From Catajapyx aquilonaris (Eukaryota), in contig KZ538478.1 in NCBI GenBank assembly GCA_000934665.2, positions 47,414 through 67,413 on the forward strand: a stretch of DNA of 20,000 bases. The letters are read 5' to 3'. Under the pieces are notes generated by a model, which was not told where the DNA came from, did not search any database, and worked only from the letters and a program-made list of their open reading frames with translations. The position numbers and the translations under genes were made by a program. The stretch's first letter is position 1, and each line of letters starts with the position of its first letter. Below are positions 10,559 to 19,481 of this stretch, in pieces.

Positions 10559-10575
10559 AAATGATGATGATGATG
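10504..10575. repeat. Compound trinucleotide microsatellite (ATA)n(ACA)n(ATG)n
   Basis: Direct reading. Confidence 0.9.
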
Positions 10576-11385
10576 GTGGACTTTCAGTTATAACAGACTT
10601 GGAAGGCTGGTCCTGGCAAACTTCCATGTCCTGTGTATTTTCACTCCTGATATAACAGACTCATTTCACCTCACCTCGGGTACAACAGATCATTTTTTGG
10701 CTCCTCGTTGGAAAAATATGCTGTTTTTGAGTACTCAGCTTCCTTTCCCTTGTGAGAAAACCACTGTATACTGGAGCTGGGGTGATTTTCCCACCTGTCA
10801 CTGATCTAACACTTGCAGAAGAGGTCAAAATCATACTTTTTCTGGTATATTTGGAAACAAAGCAGAGATAGCATAAGAAAATTGTGGATTTTTTGGTCCT
10901 TTGTAATTCATGGGAGCTAATTTTACACTTTTGTAGATATTTTCGTTAATCAGTATCCTGTAGTGTGCACATTACAGGCATGTGGAAAGCGAAAAACTTT
11001 GCATATTTGCTGAAAACGTGTCAATTTGGTTATAACAGACCTGAAGAAGAAAATGACAAGCACCAGCATGCAAATTGCTATTAATATAACACCCATCCTG
11101 AACTACTGTTAAAGTCATGTAACTCGAGTTATCTGAGTTTCATATAGCATGAAAAAGCCAATCTTCTGATACAAAATAACAATTTGTCCTATGGCCTCTA
11201 ACAAAGAGCTGAACAGCAATGTATCTGAAGATTATATTGCACCTATATTGCAAGTCTAACAGCAAGACTTCACACAGAACATAATCCAGTCCCATAAAAT
11301 TGTGATTTTCTCAACTAACATTATTACTAATGGTTCCCATACAGTTTAATTCACTATGCTTTTCTTACTGCAATATCATACTTAC

Positions 11386-11645
11386 CAGGAGAAGTGAGAA
11401 GTTCTAATTGTTGATAGAGGTAATCCCAGAGGCACCTCCTGGAGATGATTTCCGCATGGCAATCATTTAAGGCACTCCCAGAGCAACTCAGATGGTCACC
11501 ATCAATACACTTTGTTCCAGTTGACACTGTCACAAGAGTGGCATCTTGCATGTCATAATCTCGGGTCATAACTATCCCTGCTAACACTTTTCGACGCAGA
11601 TGATCTGGGTTATCTGATAGGGTTTGGAAGTGGCTGTTGACCAAG
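11386..11645 (-). CDS. Adar: ADAR deaminase domain exon with RRKVLAGIVMT, STGTKC and the NDCHAEIISRR catalytic motif
   Basis: TTTTTTTCAG| acceptor and |GTAAGT donor; HAE Zn-ligand/catalytic Glu motif. Confidence 0.97.
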
Positions 11646-11990
11646 CTGAAAAAAATAATAAGTCTGTTAGGAACATGCTCTTGCAATACTGATCAGAAAG
11701 AATGGCAGGCAATTTTACAAAATTAATATAGTGGGCCATGATACAGCAAATGCATGTGGCCAATATGCTGCAATGTGGTAGCAACAAATAAAGGTATCAG
11801 TTTCTGATACCTTTGCTTGTTTGTTGCACTAGGGGGCCATTAATACTGTGGGAATTCACTTGAACTGATTGCTGGCCCACACAGTCCAAAATGTGCAGGC
11901 AAAAGTCAACCAAAATAAACAAATATTATAGCATTAATAGATTAAAGTTTCATACAATTTACAACTGATTTATCATATGAATGCTTTCAC

Positions 11991-12156
11991 CTTGCAACTC
12001 GATCTGCCAAGCTTTGTGGCATAACCAGCTCCTTTGGCAAGCTTTCTTCAAATTCAAATCCATTGATTGCATGTTCACCCTGAGTGAAATTCAAATTATG
12101 CAATTTAGACAATGCTGCTTTCGCTACAGCTAACTTGGCTAATTTTTTGCTTGGAC
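11991..12156 (-). CDS. Adar: ADAR exon: dsRBD helix 2 (GPSKKLAKLAVAKAALSKLH) and linker to PQSLADRVA
   Basis: TTAG| acceptor and AG|GTGAAA donor; phase 1 to 2; matches ADAR2 KKLAK and PQVLADAV motifs. Confidence 0.93.
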
Positions 12157-12246
12157 CTAATGGATGAAATGGAAAAAACAAAAGCAGAATTAAAAAGCTT
12201 AGAGCATAAAATGGGCACTACCTTAATACATTTTTTATAGACTTAC

Positions 12247-12519
12247 CAGTTCCTTCAAATGTTTCCTCTTCAACAGTTACTTGAACTGTGAATGTCCTCT
12301 GATGAGGATCTCCTCTTTCAGTGATTTCATGCTTAAGGTCTGGGTAATATGCATTCAACAATATGACAGGGTGCTTGTCTAGACACTTAAACTCCTGTGG
12401 AGGACTAGGAATCACAGGAATCCCACCAAGCTGTGAACTGCTCTGGGAAAACTCCATGCCATGTAATCCAGCTAGCACATCTTTAGCCAGTTCCAGTTTA
12501 GCCCGTTTCTTGTTCTGAC
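12247..12519 (-). CDS. Adar: ADAR2-like exon: end of a dsRBD (GQNKKRAKLELAK), linker, and most of the next dsRBD (HPVILLN...GDPHQRTFTVQVTVEEETFEGTG)
   Basis: Acceptor TTTTTTTAAAAG| at 12520 and donor |GTAAGT at 12246; phase 1 to 1; dsRBD motifs KKxAK and GxxH. Confidence 0.93.
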
Positions 12520-12679
12520 CTTTTAAAAAAATCACTAGCTGAGGAAAAGAACTTTAAAAAGCTTCAGCAATGCTGAAAGAGACACTATGCATTGTAATGA
12601 GCACATCAGCCTCTCTACTTGATGGCACAAATAACATTCAAAATAAATTCCCCATATAAAGGGAAAGTAAATCACGTTC

Positions 12680-13330
12680 CACTAGGTAGTCCCCCCCAAA
12701 GAATCGGCCATATTTTTCTTACCACTCTACCTAGAAAAGTCATGTTTGGTTTAAAAGTTACCTTAGTTCATGGGAATGCTACATCATTCACAATAAATGC
12801 TGTGATTGACCTTCAATGTCCTCCATACGCTCTCGACCGTGACTCGACTCGATGCTCTTTATTATCAAAGATCCTCCACACCATATCCTCATAAATAGTC
12901 CAGATTGCTGCACCTATGTTGCTTTCCAAGTCTTCTAACCTCGAGGCTTATTGCGGCTTCTTGTGACAAAATCATGGTGACTTTTTCGGTCATGCTAGCA
13001 GCCTGTGCTTCACTTTTTCGATTTTTTTCTTCCTCTGAAGGAGGTCATCTGCCCTTGTATTGGTCCAAAACACTTGGTGCAACAATCCTGACTATTAATG
13101 TCGATATGCTGCAGAGGGCCTTGGATAATAAGGAGCGTCGTGTCAAGTCGCGTTCGAGTGCATATGCTGGAGGTTGTTTAAGGTCAATCCCAGCATTTCC
13201 TTTGAATGGTTCTACATTCCCATGAACTAATAATAAGGTAAGTTTTAAACCTAACATCATATTTACAGGTAGAGTAGGAAGAAAAATATAGTTGATTCTT
13301 TGAGGGGGACTACCTAGTGAAACACCCTGT
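12680..13330. mobile_element. Older foldback element with ~250-bp diverged inverted arms
   Basis: CACTAGGTAGTCCCCC.AAAGAATC... at left and its reverse complement at right; right end reads TACAGGGTGTTTC on the minus strand; arm translates INVDMLQRALDNKERRVK..GG.L like a transposase C-terminus. Confidence 0.75.
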
Positions 13331-14190
13331 AAAAGGGTTCTGATTGGTCCGCTGCATATTGTTGTTACCGCAATGCTTCCTATTGGCCCTCATTCCACAC
13401 ATGTGCAATGGGGTGGAGGCAGAACCTCTGGTGGGTGGGAGGAGAAACTGTCTATTCATTACATGTTGTCCATAGGGTGAACTTCGCTCTCTCCCCACCC
13501 AGTCCTCCACCCACCCAACAACAACCACATCTGTGCCCCACTCCGCACCCCTCACAGCCTACCATCTACACTCTGCCCCCCCATCCCCTCCTGCTCCACC
13601 CACCCATCCCTGTATTGTTGGCCAGATGGCACTACTGTCAGGTTGTTGACAGTCAGTAAATTGTTCTTGGAACGTCAGTTGGTCAGGACGCATTCTGATA
13701 ACCGGGCTGTTCGAAGGCCAAAGCGATTAACAATACACTGTACTCCCAATTATCTGGTGCAGATTCTCTGGGCATCGCCATAAATAAAACTGAAAATAAA
13801 AGTCGGAAAAAATGTCAATATGTTTCGCAAATGAAGAAATATGACAAACTATTTCCAAAAGACAAACTAAAAATCAATGGTAAGTTTCCTTAAATCTTAT
13901 TTAAAGCATCTTGATACACTGTGTACAGTAGTACTTGCCGAACACCAATGAAGTTCGCCTAGCACGAAAATCACCTGCATGTCGATGTTACAAATACGAA
14001 TTACATGAGAATGAATCATGTTTTAATCACACAACTTATATGCTAATGAGCCACATGGAAGAGTAATGTTGGGGCCAGATATCAATCCGTTTGTCAGTGG
14101 AACAAGACGAATAGGACAGTAGGCCTATTTATTTAGCGCACCGGGGGCAATGGAGTTCACCCAGAGCGCTAAACACACCACAAAGTTCGC

Positions 14191-15703
14191 CTAGAAGCAG
14201 GTGACATCGCCATGGGCAGCAATGACGGCCTCCACACAACACGACATGTGTTGAATGAGCTCTGGCACTCGGCTAGAGTGATGGTGTCCCGAACCTCCCG
14301 TAGCTTGGCCCTCAAGGGATGCCTTGGTGCAAGGATGTTTCCTCTGAAGTACCTTCTTCATGATTTTCCAGTCAGTCTCAATCAGATTGAGGTCCAGGCT
14401 GCTCTATGGCCACGTAGAATGTCAATCCCCTTGTCTGCTTCTGCTGTTTTGGCAAGATGCAAATAGTCTTGTTGAAATATTACGTGACCATCCGGATGTA
14501 AGGTTGCTATTGAGACACACACAGCAGATGGCCTCTCAAAATCTCCTGAAACATGGCTGTATCGATGGTGCTACTGATGCCGTGAAAGTTTCCAAGGCCG
14601 ACACTACCCATGCATCCCCACACCATAATGCTGTGTGCATGTTTGATGGTTCTGGTGAGACATTGGGATGGTACGCTTCTTTCTTTGTTTGCAGTACTAG
14701 ATATGGATGTCCGGGGAGGTGTAGATGGCCGAGATGGTAACGTCTCGGCTTGCTGATGTTGAGTGAAAGACCCCAGGTTCGATCCCCGCCTGGGGAACTT
14801 TCCTTTCACCTGCATCAGGAGGGTCTCTGACCTGCACCAAGGAGGTGTCTGGCAACCTAACCTCCTGGGGAACAGCACATGACCCCTTTACCGACCTTGC
14901 ACTTGCACCAATGTTCCCTCCCCAAAAATCCCTATCCCTACCCTACATCCTTGACTCCTTGCACCAGTGAATGAAGTTAATATAGGAAAATGGAGTGAAA
15001 TGGTGGTATTCCACCCCCCTAAAAAGGCTCAGCCTTATCACGGGGTAACGTTAAAAAAAACACACACACACAAACAAAAAAATGGATGTCCCAGTACTGA
15101 CTAATTCATCGCGAAACTTGACTAATTCCACATCTGATGTGCCCAATACTTCCATTCCTTCTCCCAAGCAAGTCTTTTTCCTGGTCCAGCACCATCAAGA
15201 GTGGTATTTTCTTGACCTATTGTCAAGAGAGCAGGTCCTGATTTCATGAATTCCCCATTAGTCTTTGAGAAGTTACGCATAAAAGTTCATCTTCATGGTA
15301 CTGATGCAGAGTCGACAGGTTGTTGTGGGGACCACCTTTTGGGTCACTTCTGACCATTTTGAAATTGATGGTCGCTGCTCCTTTCGCCGATTTTGCGACA
15401 CATTTTCTTCAGCTCTCAGTTTTTCCTTGCTGCTGTTGCCTGGTGACGTCCATGATAAGATTTTTCTGGATGGTACTTGTAGTTTTGTTACTTCATGCGA
15501 TGCCCCTTACCATGGAGCATGGCCCATGCCCTTCTTGTCCAACCACATACGCAGACTTTCCTTCTTCAGAGCTCTTCCATATCACCTTGCATACCTCTGG
15601 GGGAATGGGCTTACCACCTCCCATGATTGTTATTTTCAGACACAGAGTGCAATGAGTAATGGCATTGTGGTGCAGGGCAAGACACCTGCACTTTTTTTCC
15701 CAT
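14191..15703 (-). pseudogene. Degenerate Tc1 transposase
   Basis: Motifs SIMVWGCM, VIFQQD, (S)LDLNLIE..W and VEAVIAAHG lie in different frames; interrupted by a SINE. Confidence 0.85.
14713..15081 (+). mobile_element. tRNA-derived SINE (S2) inside the Tc1 transposase
   Basis: A box TGGCCGAGATGG, B box GGTTCGATCCC, A/CA-rich tail, TSD ATGGATGTCC (14703-14712 and 15082-15091). Confidence 0.85.
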
Positions 15704-16027
15704 CTGGCACAACCGCATCAGTCTGTATTTAACAGTGGACGAACTTTGTGGTGCGTTTAGCACTCTGGGCGAACTTCATTGCCCCCGGCATGCTTAATAA
15801 ATACTGTCCTATTCATCTTGTTCCACTGACAAATGCATTGATATCTGGCCCCAACATTGCTCTTCCATGTGGCTCATTAGCATATAAGTTGTGTGATTAA
15901 AACATGATTCATTCTCAAGCAATCCGTATTTGCAACATCGATATGCAGGTGATTTTCGTGCTAGGCGAACTTCATTGGTGTTGGGCAAGTACATTAAGAA
16001 CCTGTGAAAAGCTCATTTTTACAGTGT

Positions 16028-16328
16028 TTGTTTGTTTGTAATACCCTGTGATAGGGCCAGGCCTGGGCCCTCTTCGGGGGGGGAGAGGAGGTTACCAAGT
16101 TAGGGCGCTCTNAGGAAGGGCGCTCTTAAGTAGTCATTTCAGACCCTCTTATATACCAGACCTTTTCTCCTGGCCCTGGGCAGAGAAGGGAGTGCAATTC
16201 TGTCTGGACATGTCGGGTGAAAAGCGGAAAAAGACCAGACCAAGAGAAGGTGACGGGGATGGGATTTGAACCCCAGACCTCCCGCTTGGCTGGCCAGTAG
16301 CATGGCCACTAGACCACCATGCTCCACT
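16028..16328 (-). mobile_element. tRNA-derived SINE (S3)
   Basis: A box TGGTCTAGTGG, B box GGTTCAAATCC, (AAAC)n tail, 15-bp TSD TCATTTTTACAGTGT (16013-16027 and 16329-16343). Confidence 0.88.
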
Positions 16329-16802
16329 TCATTTTTACAGTGTCCAGGACCTCAAAAAAATGCCCCAATAAAATATAACTGGATCAAGCAACAAGATAAA
16401 CTGCTCAATGCCTATGGGCAATCAATTAGATTTCATGGCAAAAGATGACGAAAACTGGTTACGGAAGTATGCAACATTGACATAAACTATGCTAGATATC
16501 GAAGTAAAAAATTATATTGATTGTCTCAGTAAGTTAACTTCTAACTATATTAAATCGATATTCTACGATAACTAAGTTATAAATACTTCCCTTCTCAATA
16601 TGTTACAGCTCCTGTACCATTAAATCTTAGGAGAATGTTGGCATGCATCAGATTTAATAATTCTAATTGGATACCATTAGGTAACAGAAGTCTCCAAATT
16701 AATCCTGATGAAAATTGTAATCTTTGTAACTATAAGAATGTTAATGACTGGGTCCATATTCTTAGTGAATGCCCAATATTTCTGGGAAGCAGGTTTAAAC
16801 TA

Positions 16803-17307
16803 CAGGGTGATTCTCTCGAATGGAAACCCAAACATTCCTCAATAACTTTTTAACTATGGTATGGTTCCCAATGAAAATTGACATGTACTTACCTTGTATC
16901 ATGCCAAACAAGGTCTGACTAAATAATATACCAAAAGTGGTCCCCTCCAGCATCCAAGAATTTTTAAATGCGAGTCTGCACATTGCCGAAGACTCCTGCT
17001 GATTCCCGGCGGGGATTGCACTCATCCCCGCCGGCCCGCCTACTTGGCTCTCTCGCCAAGCAGGCGGGTGGGCGGTGGGTGGGAATGGATGGGATCGCCA
17101 CCGGGAATCAGCAGGAGTCTTCGGCAATATGCAGACTCGCATTGAAAAATTCTTGGATGCTGGAGGGGACCACTTTTGGTATATTCTTTAGTCAGACCTT
17201 GTTTGGCATGATACAAGGTAAGTACATGTTAATTTTCATCGGGAACCATACCATAGTAAAAAAGATATTGAGGAATGTTTGGGCTTCCATTCAAGAGAAT
17301 CACCCTG
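16803..17307. mobile_element. Palindromic foldback MITE, copy B
   Basis: TA|CAGGGTGATTCTC ... GAGAATCACCCTG|TA; same family as 5456-5944 in opposite orientation. Confidence 0.92.
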
Positions 17308-17355
17308 TATAAAAACACATATCACCATTATAAAGAGACTATCTGGCTAATCCTC

Positions 17356-17848
17356 CTATGGTATGGTTCCCAATGAAAATTGACATGTACTTACCTTGTA
17401 TCATGCCAAACAAGGTCTGACTAAAGAATATACCAAAAGTGGTCCCCTCCAGCTTCCAAATTTTTTTTAATGCAAGTCTGCATATTGCCAAACACTCCTG
17501 CTGATTCCCAGCGGGAATGGCACTCATCCCCGCCGGCCCGCCTACTTGGCGGGCGGGCATCAGTCTGAAGGCAATGGGCCAGTTGCCTTGAGATGCTCTC
17601 TCGCCAAGCAGGCGGGCGGGTGGGAATGGATGGGATCGCCGCCGGGAATCAGCAGGAGTCTTTGGCAATATGCAGACTTGCATTAAAAAATTCTTGGATG
17701 CTGGAGGGGACCACTTTTGGTATATTCTTTAGTCAGACCTTGTTTGGCATGATACAAGGTAAGTACATGTCAATTTTCATCGGGAACCATACCATAGTTA
17801 AAAAGTTATTGAGGAATGATTGGGTTTCCATTCGAGAGAATCACCCTG
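17356..17848. mobile_element. Palindromic foldback MITE, copy C (left-truncated, part of a tandem duplication)
   Basis: Repeats 16854-17307 and is followed by the same 48-bp flank TATAAAAACACATATC...CTAATCCTC. Confidence 0.88.
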
Positions 17849-18029
17849 TATAAAAACACATATCACCATTATAAAGAGACTATCTGGCTAATCCTCCAAG
17901 AGCCTACGCTAGAACAATTGAATATATGTGATTTATTATTTTCTGATGTACGTAGCCAAATGGCCCAACATACTCTAATACCAACGTCATACACTACTAT
18001 TGTGTCCTTCTCTGCACTATAATCTGTAA

Positions 18030-19405
18030 TAATAATCACTCCAAAAACGGCATACAATTACCTGGTGACGGAAACAACATTAAAGCCTTACTCTCTGCTG
18101 TTGACATAGCATTGCTTGCAGACAATAAACTCTATACCTACAAAGACTGCTAACTTCTACTGATGATTATTATCTCAAGGAAAATGGCCTGAACCTTAAT
18201 ATAAATAAAACTGAGGTGATCATCGTTAGAAGAGGTGGCAGGCGTTCCTCTTCCAAAAAATTTACAATAGATGACAAATCTATCGAGATTGTCACATCGT
18301 CATTCACTTATCACAGAGTAAAATTTTCCTCGTCTGGCCTATTTATGAATGCGATGACGGATAGGGTAAGTAATGCGGTGACAATGTTAAACGTCTCCTG
18401 GCCCATGTTAACCCAAGTCCACCTCCCCACACTAACATCCACTTTAAAATATATCGACTCGGCAGTTATAACATCGGCTAATTATTATGCCTCTCCGATC
18501 TGGGGACTAAATGGACTCAAAAACCTAGAAAGGGTACAAATGACAGCTATTAAAAAATTACTTTCGACAGGTAAGCAAACGGCTGGCTACTTATTACGAT
18601 TAGAAACTGGCCGCCCTCCACTTAAAATTAAAGTTATTCTCCACGGAGTTAAATATCTTAAGAGAGTTGTGAATATGGACCCACAGCACAGAGTGATGAA
18701 GTACCTACTTACTCAATCAAACCCCTTAGCTCATTTCAACTGGGCCAAACAATGAGATTCACTTCTGAACGAATACAGCCAGTCAATCACACACTTCACT
18801 ACAAAGGAAGACACCTTCTGGCTTCAAAAATATGAAATCGGATAGGAATAGCGAAAAAGTACAATACTATGATAAACATAGATATTTTCCCGCTTATTAT
18901 ATAGGAAAGCCAATACAGATAAACTTGCGCAGACTACTGGCCTGTCTTCGGCTTGGCTCAAATTGGATACCATTGGGAGAAAAAAGATAAACCCTGGAAA
19001 TGAAAGTTGCACTTTATGCAATATGAATTCTGACGATGAATGGTTCCACACCTTTTTCGAATGTCCGATGTATACCGGGGGCCATCAAAGTCTGTTACAA
19101 GACTTACTGATCCCTCCAAGGGCTGGCTTTTGTCGGTCCTACACCAGCCTTCAGAAAACCAATTAAAACACACGTTTTTCTTCCTCACTTACGTGGCTAA
19201 ATGGCATGGAATCATCCACTTTGAATTCTGACGAAGGTAAACCTGTCCAAACTGTACTTACTCCCCCCACCTCTGGTTAATGTTACAATTTGTTACTATA
19301 GCATGTCTAACAAAAAAGAGTGAATAGTGTATGGAGCGGTGTCCCTTGGCGAAACATTTCGCTGAGGTGAAATAAATTGAATTGAATTGATTGATTGATT
19401 GATTG
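18030..19405 (+). mobile_element. 5'-truncated non-LTR retrotransposon (RTE-X-like), fragment 2
   Basis: Degenerate YADD region (LLSAVDIALLAD), LNLNINKTEV, YASPIWG, LETGRPPL and CTLCN..DDEWFHTFFECPMY; 3' stem-loop GCGAAA-CA-TTTCGC, AATAAA and (TTGA)n tail; clade is tentative. Confidence 0.85.
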
Positions 19406-19481
19406 AGTGTCTAGGACCACTTTCAGATTATCCGTGTTTTCCGATTATCCGGCGACACCCATGCAGTCATTAGCTTGGATG

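Larger units (their letters stand above)
13931..15992 (-). mobile_element. Tc1-like transposon with ~255-bp IR/DR-type TIRs
   Basis: TIRs at 13931-14190 and 15739-15992 with internal repeats of (C)AATGAAGTTCGCC. Confidence 0.9.
16352..18030 (+). mobile_element. LINE ORF2 C-terminal fragment 1, interrupted by MITE copies B and C
   Basis: YNWIKQ...; CNLCNYKNVNDWVHILSECPIF zinc-knuckle-like motif; reading resumes after the MITE at 17849 (YKNTYHHYKETIWLILQ). Confidence 0.7.
13734..19480. mobile_element. MITE of the 251-554 family fragmented by nested insertions (pieces at about 13734-13930, 15993-16027, 16329-16351 and 19406-19480)
   Basis: The pieces align collinearly with the reverse complement of 251-554. 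Confidence 0.65.

Noticed and set aside
10411..10593. Plus-strand ORF with poly-I/T/M tract
   Set aside because: It is the antisense of an Adar exon plus a microsatellite
1593..12519. ADAT1, ADAD or pseudogene interpretation
   Set aside because: dsRBDs are present, the HAE catalytic motif is intact, ADAR2-type loops are present and nine exons join in frame without stops
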